Positions 53,723 through 63,517 of a DNA stretch of 64,000 nt are shown here, in pieces (position 1 is the stretch's first letter; each line of letters starts with the position of its first letter). The stretch spans positions 2,484 to 66,483 of the IMG/VR virus record IMGVR_UViG_3300032084_001411. The stretch is one strand, 5' to 3'. The DNA comes from a virus. Position numbers and translations under genes: made by a program. The notes below the pieces were generated by a model. That model had not been told where the DNA came from, ran no database searches, and saw only the letters and a program-made list of their open reading frames with translations.

Positions 53723-54054
53723 TTGACATTATAACCTAGCTACTATAAAAAAGTAGCTACATTATGAAGTCACTAGCTTTAATATAAAGCATAGCACTGC
53801 ATACGTGATGCATACGTAAGTTGCATGAAGGTGTACTGGCAAGAGTACCGTAATAAAAACCCTTGCCCGATAAGCTGCACGACCAGCTAAGCGAATGAAC
53901 AGGACTCTATGCGATAGCCTTATGCTATATGCGCGAGTGTCAAAGGGGGTTAAATACATACATACCCGCAAGCGTTTGAAGACTATCTTGTCTCTTTTAA
54001 TGAGAAACCTTTACATAACAAAGGTTTTTGATTAGAAAAGAAAGGAAAACTATT

Positions 54055-54234
54055 ATGCATAAACTAACCTTATGGGAATTCGTCAACAATAACTTTGACG
54101 AATTAGTTACCTTAGTGAGTGATGCTTACGGGGTAGTATGTGAAACAAATGGAGAGCTTAGAGAATGGGTGTTAAACGATGAAACCCTCTATGAATGGGC
54201 AAAGTTTGAGGGAGTGCGGGCTGATGAATTGTAA
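54055..54234 (+). CDS. hypothetical early protein
   Basis: SD AAGGA; REWVLNDETLYEWA motif. Confidence 0.6.
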   Translation: MHKLTLWEFVNNNFDELVTLVSDAYGVVCETNGELREWVLNDETLYEWAKFEGVRADEL

Positions 54235-54296
54235 TAATGGTTTTAAGCGGGCTATTAACACTTAACATTTAACCTTTTTAATAGGAGAATTATATT

Positions 54297-54806
54297 ATGC
54301 GAGACACTACAAATGTACATGACTTAACAATCTGGAATCCCCACACTCATATCAATAATACTTACATTATCTTTGCGAGTGATAAATCAGATGATGAAAC
54401 ACATAAGTTTCTCGAAGATATGGCCATTGGGTATAAACAACTAAGAGGCTCTTACACTTCTATCAACACTGGAGAAGTTATCGAAGAAACTAGTTTTATA
54501 ATCAATGAGAAACACTGGCCTTATATAGAAGCTAGTGAATTTATAGCTAATCAAGAGACGGTTCTACACTTAGCTGAACCTTTAGCTCATAAACAAGGGC
54601 GTAGACCCGCAAGCCTTATTGCGCTGCATGATGGCTCTAGTATTGAATTAGGTTTACTAACTCCAGTATCTAAAGAGGTGGCGGTTACCAAGCAGGATTG
54701 GACATATGACCCCGCCCTAGCTACATATTTCATAACCGAAGAGCAAGAAGAAAAAGAAACACAAGAACAAAAGGGTAAAAAAAAGCCATGCCAGTGTCAT
54801 TGCTAA
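54297..54806 (+). CDS. putative S-adenosylmethionine lyase (T3 SAMase-like)
   Basis: GSY..EETSFII..NQETVL..WTYD pattern resembling T3 GCY..EEKTV..EQDCVL..FTID; early position. Confidence 0.55.
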   Translation: MRDTTNVHDLTIWNPHTHINNTYIIFASDKSDDETHKFLEDMAIGYKQLRGSYTSINTGEVIEETSFIINEKHWPYIEASEFIANQETVLHLAEPLAHKQGRRPASLIALHDGSSIELGLLTPVSKEVAVTKQDWTYDPALATYFITEEQEEKETQEQKGKKKPCQCHC

Positions 54807-54899
54807 CCAATAAACTAAGCCATCAATTCCTGATTGATATGGTAAAGCAAGACCCAGTATGGGCTGCTGAGAAAATACTGTGCTTAGAACAATTAATTA

Positions 54900-54960
54900 A
54901 AGAAACTTTACATAGTAAAGGTTTCTGCCCAGAAAGATTATGTTAATAATCTATTCTGAA
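54900..54960. repeat. 61-bp double-hairpin repeat, copy 2
   Basis: Matches 52894-52954. Confidence 0.9.
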
Positions 54961-54972
54961 AAGAGAGGTAAT

Positions 54973-55173
54973 ATGTCTTTATCACGTAAACATTTTACTG
55001 AGTTAGCTGCTATTGTAAAAGAAATTAGAGAGTTATCGGAAAGCGATAGCGGGTATAGCCCTACATATACGATTGATATGTTGGAGAACCGTTTAGTTTC
55101 TTTTTGCCATAAACACTCCGCTAACTTTAATGGGGGTATATTTAGAGAGGCTTGTAAAAGTGACAAGGATTAA
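54973..55173 (+). CDS. hypothetical early protein
   Basis: SD GAGG; SRKHF..LA..NFN..F.EAC phage motif. Confidence 0.65.
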   Translation: MSLSRKHFTELAAIVKEIRELSESDSGYSPTYTIDMLENRLVSFCHKHSANFNGGIFREACKSDKD

Positions 55174-55546
55174 TTGTATCCCGGTTAGGGAATTAACTAA
55201 CTCGCATTTACTAGCGGAGTATAAAGAATTACCGCGAGTATTTAATCTTTCTTTTAACTCTTATAAGAAACATAACGGTTTTGTTAATGGGACTATCCCC
55301 CCTAGTTATAGGATGGGTAAAGGCCACGTTACTTTCTTTTACGATAAACTAGGTTATGCTTTGCAACGATATAAAGAGTTAATTAAAGAATTAGAAACCC
55401 GTGGTTATAATCTTAACTATGACATGATTAACAGTATCTTCCGCGCTGCTGAAATGTTGCCTAACCCTATTATGAGGCAATGGCAACCTACACAAGAAGC
55501 TATGGAAATTAATCGTAAACGTATTCAAGAAAGATTGTCCGGTTAG
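55160..55546 (+). CDS. denV: pyrimidine-dimer DNA glycosylase (T4 endonuclease V-like)
   Basis: TRIN..V.EL...HLLAEYKELPRVF..Y.MGKGHVTFFYDKLGY..RGY. Confidence 0.9.
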   Translation: MTRINCIPVRELTNSHLLAEYKELPRVFNLSFNSYKKHNGFVNGTIPPSYRMGKGHVTFFYDKLGYALQRYKELIKELETRGYNLNYDMINSIFRAAEMLPNPIMRQWQPTQEAMEINRKRIQERLSG

Positions 55547-55587
55547 TTAATTCTTTCTGATTTAAAACTGAAAAGGATGATAGTGAT

Positions 55588-55761
55588 ATGACCTGTAGAC
55601 CGAAAGTAGAGACTATTTGTTCTCAAGAACAATTTGAAAATATTCACTCAACTGTAAGTAAATCTAGAGCTAATTCTAAGCAAGTTAAAGTAGATAAACA
55701 GGCTCTTATTAATCTTCTAATTGACCACAGTACAATCTTAGGAGAAATTGATTATGAATAA
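55588..55761 (+). CDS. small hypothetical protein (not in ORF track)
   Basis: 57-aa ORF ..VKVDKQALINLLIDH.. Confidence 0.5.
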   Translation: MTCRPKVETICSQEQFENIHSTVSKSRANSKQVKVDKQALINLLIDHSTILGEIDYE

Positions 55762-56014
55762 TGTGAAACAATTCCCTACTGATTTAGTGAGGGCAGAAGT
55801 TGAGATTGATAGAGCGCATAAACGCTGGCTATCTATAGCGGAGAAAAGACGGGCGAATATTGATTATGATATTACTATTCAATACAACGCCTTTAACCAT
55901 GAGCCTGTAAATTGTAGTTATTACAATATGCAGCTAACTAACGGAAAAGGCCACATTCTTTTACATAGCCTTTCTATTGAAAACGAAATGTTAGAGTTAT
56001 TGCTGGGGGAATGA
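55754..56014 (+). CDS. hypothetical protein
   Basis: SD AGGAG. Confidence 0.55.
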   Translation: MNNVKQFPTDLVRAEVEIDRAHKRWLSIAEKRRANIDYDITIQYNAFNHEPVNCSYYNMQLTNGKGHILLHSLSIENEMLELLLGE

Positions 56015-56166
56015 TGGATAATTTTTATAAACGACAAACACAAGCACAAGTTAGTGTTAACGAAAAAGAAAACAAAATCTTTAAAAAATCTCTTGTAAAA
56101 GGGGGCATTGTGTGTTTAGGTATTATAGTAATTATTACTGCACTTATAGGTTAAGGAGAAAATATC

Positions 56167-57753
56167 ATGACCAATGCAGCATTAAATAAAGCGTTAGATA
56201 AAAAGGAAATTGATGTATATAATTTAAAAGAGGCAGAAATTCATGCTTTACAAATGGCCTATGAGTTTGCTAAAGGTCCTACGTTATTCCCTTATGAAAG
56301 TAGACAAACGGCTCGTGGGCAAGAAATTCGTGACCAACTTACGGGTAAATGGTATTCCCCTAGCTTTGCCACGTCTTGTAAACGTGACGTGCTGCTAAGT
56401 TCTATCTATTATCATACGTCTAATAGTGAAAAATTTGATAAGTTATTTTCTGACTCTAACTTTGTTTTTAACGGGATAGTAACTCGTGTCCCTCGTGCAT
56501 GGCTGGATTCCACAGAGGAAAAACCTACTAAATTTGTTGTAGATGGGGTCGAATATGAACTAACTGAAGTTCGATGGGCCTATAATACTAAATTCATATT
56601 AAAAAGTGAGTTTGAATATTTAAAAACTATGAAGCAGGTGGTTCGCCCTTCAGATAATGCAGCAATATGGACGCATATTAGTGAATGTGTTTTCTTTGAA
56701 GATACTGAAGAATATATATTAAATGTTAATGAGAGTTACCCAGATTTTATTTATATAGAAAATGACAATGAATATTATACGGATGAGTTAGCTGTTCCTT
56801 ATGATATTGTTTATGTAAATGATTATGGTTGGTATTGTCTTGATTATGCAATAGATAATTTTTATCAGCATTCTTATAATGGTGATTGGTATGACTATCC
56901 TGAAGAGGATGAATACGGTTTGGATGATTATAGCTTTGACCCCGCTAGTTATTGGGGGTATGAAACTAAAAAGTCTGGTAATAAACGGAGGCCCATTAAA
57001 GGACAACTTTACTACGGTCTTGAATTAGAATATGAGCTAGATGACCCGTATGACAGTAGTGTAACGTCTGAACTAGTCAATGATGCTCATGAGTTACATT
57101 TCGGAGCATGTGAAGATAGCTCATTAGATGAAGGCGTAGAATTTAAGAGTAAACCTTTATGTATTGAGTTAGTTAAAAAACGTACTGAGAAACTACTTAA
57201 CGAAATTCGAGGACGTGTAAGCTCTGCGTCTACTTGCGGTTTACATATACATGTATCTAAATCAGCATTATCTCTTATGCAAATAGGTTTGATACAAGAA
57301 TTTATTTATAACCCAGAAAATAAAGAGTTTATTAATAAGATATCCGGGCGCAGTCCAAATACATATTGTCAACGGAATTTCTCTTACAAAAAAACTAGTC
57401 GATTAGCGGAAGGGTGTGGACAAGGAGGCGATGAAAAGAAAAAAGACTTTTACTGTAATGAGAAATATGAAGCTCTTAACTTTCAACATACCCACACAAT
57501 AGAGTTTAGAATGTTCCGGTCTTCTATGCGAAAACACAGAGTTATCGGGCGCATTGAGTTTATTCAAGCTCTTATACAATGGTGCGGTGTATCATGCAGA
57601 CAAACGTCTCTTGATGTAATTGACCATAAAAACTTTATTGAATTTGTAAAAACTTCTGGACGAAAACGCTTTCCTATGCTATTAGAATTAATGTATGAGA
57701 AAGATATTCTTCAAAAGAAAACTAAACCTATTACCATTACTAAGGAGGCTTAA
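56167..57753 (+). CDS. putative amidoligase (COOH-NH2 ligase) 1
   Basis: YGLELEYE, DSSL..GVEFKSKP, CGLHIHVS, KYEALN, TIEFRMF. Confidence 0.85.
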   Translation: MTNAALNKALDKKEIDVYNLKEAEIHALQMAYEFAKGPTLFPYESRQTARGQEIRDQLTGKWYSPSFATSCKRDVLLSSIYYHTSNSEKFDKLFSDSNFVFNGIVTRVPRAWLDSTEEKPTKFVVDGVEYELTEVRWAYNTKFILKSEFEYLKTMKQVVRPSDNAAIWTHISECVFFEDTEEYILNVNESYPDFIYIENDNEYYTDELAVPYDIVYVNDYGWYCLDYAIDNFYQHSYNGDWYDYPEEDEYGLDDYSFDPASYWGYETKKSGNKRRPIKGQLYYGLELEYELDDPYDSSVTSELVNDAHELHFGACEDSSLDEGVEFKSKPLCIELVKKRTEKLLNEIRGRVSSASTCGLHIHVSKSALSLMQIGLIQEFIYNPENKEFINKISGRSPNTYCQRNFSYKKTSRLAEGCGQGGDEKKKDFYCNEKYEALNFQHTHTIEFRMFRSSMRKHRVIGRIEFIQALIQWCGVSCRQTSLDVIDHKNFIEFVKTSGRKRFPMLLELMYEKDILQKKTKPITITKEA

Positions 57754-57894
57754 CAATGATAATGGCAGTAACACCCGCACAATATTTTTCTATTCTAGGC
57801 GATATATTTATAGGAAGCGTTTTCATTCTATTACCGCTTTTAATCGCCTACGGCATTACGCATTTAATTACTAACAAGAAAGGTAACAAGTAAC

Positions 57895-58959
57895 ATGTGC
57901 TTAATTATCCACCGAGAAAAGGATTCGGACATTTCAAAAGAGTTTCTTGAGAATGTGCGAGAAAAAAACCCTGATGGCTGGGGTATCTTGTACCATGACC
58001 GAGAAGGTAATGCTAGAGTTGCCAAAGGTCTTTCTATGGAAACCTTTTGGCAAAAATACAACAGATTCTTGAAATATAATTCTGAGTGTATCATTCATTT
58101 TCGCTATGCTACTCGCGGAAAAGTCAATAAAGATAATGCTCATCCGTATCTTGTATTGGGGGGAGATAACCCTATCTATCTTATGCACAATGGCACAATT
58201 TCTATTGATGGTGCGGAAAAAGAGGGGAAACTATCTGATACTCGCGTCTTTATTAAGGATGTGCTAACTCCTATGCTAGAGCATATTAAAAACCCCCACG
58301 AATTTATCCGCACTAAACACTTTGAGTTTATGATGGAAAGTGTTGCCGGGGATAACTCTTCAAGATTCGTTTTGTTTGACCATGAAGGCTCTCTATTTTA
58401 TGGGGGCTGGTATAAAACCACTAAAGGGGTATGGGTTTCTAATACATACGCTTATACTGTGGACAATGCCTATAAGAAGAAAACTGATTATTCTAATACT
58501 AATGGCGGGTATTGGTCTAATGGAGTTTACACTTCCCCTTCAACTTCAAACGGCAAAGCTATTCCTTTTATTTCTGATAAAGGAAAAGATGATAGTGTTG
58601 ATATGAGCCGGGCTAATGCTTATAGCGCGGGTTATTATGAGGGTACGTATGACCATTATGGTTATGAAGACGATGATTATGGAGAAGAGCAAGATGCTTG
58701 GATTCAATCAATTCAGGACGTAGCTGATAATTTTGAAGTAGTAGCTGAAGAATATTGGTATTTAACTAGCGCAGAAATCGAATATGCTATTCAGCAATTC
58801 TATGAAGGTAATTGGGAGTTTATTCTTAATGAAAACCTTCCCCAAAACTCGGTTATCCGGGATATTGACGGTAATGTTATTGACCCTGATGAAATTCAAA
58901 TTGCTCTTAGTCTTCTAAAAGCAGATTTAATACAATACGCAAAGAAAGGCGCGGCATAG
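57895..58959 (+). CDS. class II (Ntn) glutamine amidotransferase 1
   Basis: MCLI, NPDGWG, HFRYATRG, NAHPY, MHNG, SDT. Confidence 0.9.
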   Translation: MCLIIHREKDSDISKEFLENVREKNPDGWGILYHDREGNARVAKGLSMETFWQKYNRFLKYNSECIIHFRYATRGKVNKDNAHPYLVLGGDNPIYLMHNGTISIDGAEKEGKLSDTRVFIKDVLTPMLEHIKNPHEFIRTKHFEFMMESVAGDNSSRFVLFDHEGSLFYGGWYKTTKGVWVSNTYAYTVDNAYKKKTDYSNTNGGYWSNGVYTSPSTSNGKAIPFISDKGKDDSVDMSRANAYSAGYYEGTYDHYGYEDDDYGEEQDAWIQSIQDVADNFEVVAEEYWYLTSAEIEYAIQQFYEGNWEFILNENLPQNSVIRDIDGNVIDPDEIQIALSLLKADLIQYAKKGAA

Positions 58960-59154
58960 ATGACAGATATTATGAAAATACTCCCTAATGAATCCATTGA
59001 ATTGGCTGAAAAACTTTTAGTGCTGGCTGATAAAAGACTCGCTGATATTCCTGAAAGGTATCAGAACGCTGATATCTTAGAAATTCAAAAGCTAGTTAAA
59101 CAAGCTAATTCGCTTTTAAAAACTAATGATTATGAATATAAAGGTTTGAGGTAA
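58960..59154 (+). CDS. hypothetical protein
   Basis: Coupled 64-aa ORF. Confidence 0.5.
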   Translation: MTDIMKILPNESIELAEKLLVLADKRLADIPERYQNADILEIQKLVKQANSLLKTNDYEYKGLR

Positions 59155-59157
59155 ATT

Positions 59158-61500
59158 ATGACAACAATTCCAAGAAATAATTTTGAACGGGAACACACAC
59201 ATTTCCATTTAAGAAACGACATGGACAGCTATTGTGTTGCTTACAGACCGACCTCTCGGGGGTTTGTTCGAGAAGTGACTACTGTTCCGCAAAAAGTAGC
59301 TCTTTCGGTTCACTTTCCATATGGTTTGAAGTCTTGCTTTTCTAACTCCAATGCAGTTGCCGCCCAATTTAACCTACATATTGGGTTTCGAGATGCAGTC
59401 AATAAATTAGTTAAAGATGAATTGCGGGATTATATGCCCCCTACTAAATGGAGAGAGTTTGAAAGACGCTATGAACAAATGCTGGATAGCATAAGTGATT
59501 TTGGATTTCGGTATGCTACTCCAAGTGGAGCTAGTAGTTACAATCCTGCCCACCCCCGGCATAAAACTTCTTTTACACATTTATATATGGAAACAAACTT
59601 TCCTTGGATTACCCGTTCTTTTGAAAGAAGAGATACTAACCCCGCCGATAGGGCTTTTTGGAATAGAGTTGAATATAAAATAGAGTTATTGGCGATAGAG
59701 TTTAAGCAACGTTTGAAAGGGATAAAAAAGACCATAAAAAGTAATACTTTGTTTGGAGATGACATGACTACATTTGATAAAAATATACATATTATTTCAG
59801 GGTATCGTTCCTTAAATTATGAACCTTTACCTAATATGTTTGCTGATAGTTACTTAGAAATTTTAAATTTGCCACCAAATAATGTTGCGGTTGACCCTAA
59901 ATTCTTTAAAACTCATAAAGAGTTAAAAGCTTTAAATGTAGCTCTCCCGTTTAAAGAAGCAGATAAACACTTTAGGGAATCAATGGGGCAAGACGGACAT
60001 ATAACGGAAGGCTCTGAATTAGGTATATGTTGGTTGACAGGCCATACAGGTTTTTGTAAGAAAATTAGATATTATGGCCAGCGTGTATCTGTGAATAAAG
60101 ATATTCTTAAACGAGATAATATTCCTTTGACATGGTTATCTTGTGTAGAAAGTTATGTTTATTCATATGACCCACGAATTGAAATTGGTAAATTAAAAAT
60201 CACTGAAGATAATAAACATAAACTCGGAGTGGAGTTACTTGATGACAGTTTAGGGGTGTACGGTATTCGTTCAATACAACACGGATATTTTAAATCTAAA
60301 GGGTTTCAATATTGTGAAGGTTCTGAGGATTGGTGCGATAAACCTGTAACACTTTATAAAGACCCTAAACAGACTTTGTATTCTTATTCTTTTGCTTGCA
60401 GTAATTTTCGTATGCAAACTAATCCTGATAGTTTTGAAGCTCTTTGGTTTGACCATTCAGACCCATGTGTTAGGTTATCTAATAATTATCTTAGCTCTGA
60501 CCCTATTGAAAAATGGGGGCATAATCGAGGCGCTCAATGCGGTATCCCTTTTGGGGGTAATAGTCCAGAAAAATTCTATGGGTATATGCGCCATAACAAA
60601 GTAGATGAATTAGAAATAACAAAATACGCTAAACCCGGAGAAAGATATTATGGTATTGAAATTGAATTAGAACGTAAAGACCGGAATACTGATGCATTCA
60701 TTATGTTGTCTGAGGTTATACCTAAGTTAAAAGAAATTGGGTTTGTTTCAGGTACAGATATGTCTTTAAATAATGGGGTAGAATTTAGGTCCTGCCCCCA
60801 AACATTTACTGTGTTGAAGGAGAATGTTAAAAGGTTTTACGAAATCGTTAGTCCTTACTTTGTAGCCAAGGAGACGTGTGGAGTCCATATCCATGTATCT
60901 CGCTCTAGTCTGACGAATTATCAGATAGGTAAACTAATCGGTTTTGTTTATAATCCTAGTAACGCTAACTTCATACGTGACGTGTCGGGACGAGAATCTG
61001 GCCGCTGGCAAGAGTTTAGTAGTGGCTCTACATTTACTCGGTTAGAAGATATCTTTGACCCGACACAACCACGTATCACTTTAAATAAAAGAAAAATACG
61101 ATTAAGTAGAGAAAGTAAGATAGTTGAAAATAAGAAACGAAAGCGTCTCTATGAATTTGATAATGGAGAGGAGAAATATACAGCGGTCAATACTTTAAAT
61201 AGACATACTGTAGAGTTTAGGTTATTTAAAGGGACACATAACGTATCAGAATGCCTCTCTTATTTAGAGTTTGTTGATAGTGTATGTAAGTATACTGAGA
61301 CAGGTAAAGTAGATTTACCTCTTAAAAAACTTATGTCCTACAAAGAGTTTAAAAATTGGCTGACATATAACGGACAACGTTACGCGAACCTATGTAAAAG
61401 GCTCTTAGTTACAAATAAAAATTCGGCAGATACGAGTAACTTTAGTTTCACCGAATGGGTAAACAGAAAGAAAAAGAAAGGAAAAATTTCATGTGCTTAA
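59158..61500 (+). CDS. putative amidoligase 2 with long N-terminal extension
   Basis: YGIEIELE, DMSL..GVEFRSCP, CGVHIHVS, KYTAVN, TVEFRLF. Confidence 0.85.
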   Translation: MTTIPRNNFEREHTHFHLRNDMDSYCVAYRPTSRGFVREVTTVPQKVALSVHFPYGLKSCFSNSNAVAAQFNLHIGFRDAVNKLVKDELRDYMPPTKWREFERRYEQMLDSISDFGFRYATPSGASSYNPAHPRHKTSFTHLYMETNFPWITRSFERRDTNPADRAFWNRVEYKIELLAIEFKQRLKGIKKTIKSNTLFGDDMTTFDKNIHIISGYRSLNYEPLPNMFADSYLEILNLPPNNVAVDPKFFKTHKELKALNVALPFKEADKHFRESMGQDGHITEGSELGICWLTGHTGFCKKIRYYGQRVSVNKDILKRDNIPLTWLSCVESYVYSYDPRIEIGKLKITEDNKHKLGVELLDDSLGVYGIRSIQHGYFKSKGFQYCEGSEDWCDKPVTLYKDPKQTLYSYSFACSNFRMQTNPDSFEALWFDHSDPCVRLSNNYLSSDPIEKWGHNRGAQCGIPFGGNSPEKFYGYMRHNKVDELEITKYAKPGERYYGIEIELERKDRNTDAFIMLSEVIPKLKEIGFVSGTDMSLNNGVEFRSCPQTFTVLKENVKRFYEIVSPYFVAKETCGVHIHVSRSSLTNYQIGKLIGFVYNPSNANFIRDVSGRESGRWQEFSSGSTFTRLEDIFDPTQPRITLNKRKIRLSRESKIVENKKRKRLYEFDNGEEKYTAVNTLNRHTVEFRLFKGTHNVSECLSYLEFVDSVCKYTETGKVDLPLKKLMSYKEFKNWLTYNGQRYANLCKRLLVTNKNSADTSNFSFTEWVNRKKKKGKISCA

Positions 61501-62225
61501 TATTCCAAAAAGAAAAAGATGCTGACTTAATTTCTCGTGCTTGGTGCGAGAATGTATGGTCTAGAAACAATGACGGATGGGGTTTAGCTTACCATCGCCC
61601 ATCTAATAATCGTTTAATGATTAAAACCGGGATGACCTTTGACAGTTTTTGGAATGCTTTTGCGTCCCTTCAACGGTTACCTATTGATGTAATTGTTCAT
61701 ATGCGAATGGCTACACAAGGAGAAATCAGCCATGCTAATAATCACCCTTTTCTTATTAGTGAACGTCATAATATATGGTTTATGCATAATGGGTGTGTTG
61801 ATTATCCTGAAGAAGGAGAAGTGACCGGGGATAATTTTGTATCTATGGAAGACCTTGAAAACCTCCCTGCAATGGAAGCTTATGGCGGGGCAGGGTTTTG
61901 TGATTATTGGGGGTACAGTAATAGTTATATGGAAGGACCTAGCGATACATATCTCTTAGCTGAACGACTATTTAAACCTATGCTCAATAATATGGTTAAT
62001 GCGAATGACTTTATTCGTTCAGAAGGGTTTGCCTATATTGTGGATAAAGTAGCAGGTGGCCCATCTAATAAATTTACTTTCCATGACGATAGGGGTCACA
62101 TTTTATTTAACCGTCATCAGTGGCACGAGACAAGTACAGGTATCCCGGTTAGTAATACTTATGCTTTTTCTCTTGACTCTAAACCTTCTTTAGGGTATAC
62201 AAGTAATGTAAAGAAAGTAGGTTAG
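61491..62225 (+). CDS. class II (Ntn) glutamine amidotransferase 2
   Basis: MCLI, NNDGWG, HMRMATQG, NNHPF, MHNG, SDT. Confidence 0.9.
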   Translation: MCLIFQKEKDADLISRAWCENVWSRNNDGWGLAYHRPSNNRLMIKTGMTFDSFWNAFASLQRLPIDVIVHMRMATQGEISHANNHPFLISERHNIWFMHNGCVDYPEEGEVTGDNFVSMEDLENLPAMEAYGGAGFCDYWGYSNSYMEGPSDTYLLAERLFKPMLNNMVNANDFIRSEGFAYIVDKVAGGPSNKFTFHDDRGHILFNRHQWHETSTGIPVSNTYAFSLDSKPSLGYTSNVKKVG

Positions 62226-62305
62226 TGTGAAAAACGCTAATGCTATTGTTTTGGGGGTACTAATAATACTTATATTGTTTATAGTTCTTACTTAAAGGAG
62301 ATGAC

Positions 62306-62590
62306 ATGGAAACTTTTTTTACTTTTGAATATGATGGCGATATGTTCGACTTAGAATGTATTAATAGAGTTGATGCTGAGCGATATGCTGATACATGGTG
62401 GGAAGATGACGTTCTTAGTAATCACAGTCCTATCTCTAATGGCGAGACTTTCGAGGATTATGGTTTCATTATTGAGTTTTACTTTAATGAGGACGGAGAT
62501 TCAGTGGAGATAGGTCGGGATAAGTACCCACTTTATTATGAGTATTATCATGGCGATTTTGTAGAGCACAATGTTTGGTGGGGGGTATAG
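62306..62590 (+). CDS. acidic hypothetical protein
   Basis: SD AAGGAG. Confidence 0.6.
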   Translation: METFFTFEYDGDMFDLECINRVDAERYADTWWEDDVLSNHSPISNGETFEDYGFIIEFYFNEDGDSVEIGRDKYPLYYEYYHGDFVEHNVWWGV

Positions 62591-62743
62591 TGATGACTTT
62601 CTTAGAAGAGTTGGATGAAGCTATTGAGAACACTAAATATCTTAAAAATCCAGATATCAGTGAATATGATGAGGCGATATTAAGAGCAGCGGCTTGCCTG
62701 TACAGAGAAATTTTACATGCTAAAGAAAACGGGGAAAATGAAG

Positions 62744-63268
62744 ATGGATAAAATTTTACTCAATGAAAAACCAATAGCTAATGCTGATTATAAGTTAGTT
62801 CATTGGGATAAAAATTCTGAGGCTCTTAATTTTGCTATTGTGGAAGAACAATATAAAGCTAAATATATAGGTGAATTTACAGTAAAAGCAGTTGGTGGCG
62901 GGTGGGTGAATATGCCTTGCTCTCTTTTCTATACTGAAAAGGCGCACCCAGAGGGTTCTAATTACTTTGCTTTGGTATATAAATATGACCCATTCACAGA
63001 GAAATCTAATTGGGTAATAACTGATGGTATATCTGCGGCAGAAAATACGTGGAACGGGATTTTAAACCCAAAGACAGGTCAGATTCTTTACAGCGCTTAT
63101 CGGCATGACTACCAAACTTTAGATAGTTATATGGCTGATGGGGGTGCGGACTATATGAGATTTTCTGGAGACCCCGGAAACGTTGTAAGTTTTAAGATTG
63201 TAGATGGTGAAATTGTTTTATTGAAGGACGAAGAGAATGGCGAAGCCGAAAAAAGCCTTAATCACTAA
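62744..63268 (+). CDS. hypothetical protein
   Basis: HPEGSNYF..YS..RHDY..DGG.DY motif pattern; start uncertain. Confidence 0.65.
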   Translation: MDKILLNEKPIANADYKLVHWDKNSEALNFAIVEEQYKAKYIGEFTVKAVGGGWVNMPCSLFYTEKAHPEGSNYFALVYKYDPFTEKSNWVITDGISAAENTWNGILNPKTGQILYSAYRHDYQTLDSYMADGGADYMRFSGDPGNVVSFKIVDGEIVLLKDEENGEAEKSLNH

Positions 63269-63302
63269 TGTTATTTACATTGATAAATACAAGGAGAATG
63301 AT

Positions 63303-63515
63303 ATGATTAATTCTATTCTAATAGCTAGACCTAAACAGGCTAGTCGTAGTGAATTTCATGATGCAATTAATGTTGCTCTTGGACGCGCAAGGAACTCGAA
63401 GAGAAATGTAGGTGTATTTGAAGACCGTAAAGGGAAACTTCATGTACAGAATATTCAACCTAATTCAATTCAGTATTTTGGCCGCTCTGGTATCCTCTAT
63501 TCAACAGGTGTTTAA
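63303..63515 (+). CDS. hypothetical protein
   Basis: SD AAGGAG before ATG; alternative start 63237. Confidence 0.5.
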   Translation: MINSILIARPKQASRSEFHDAINVALGRARNSKRNVGVFEDRKGKLHVQNIQPNSIQYFGRSGILYSTGV

Positions 63516-63517
63516 TT

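Noticed and set aside
53820-53990. tmRNA-like look (TGCATG, pseudoknot, ATAAGCT GCA)
   Set aside because: No tRNA-like acceptor or T-arm, no CCA end, and no tag reading frame ending in Ala-Ala.
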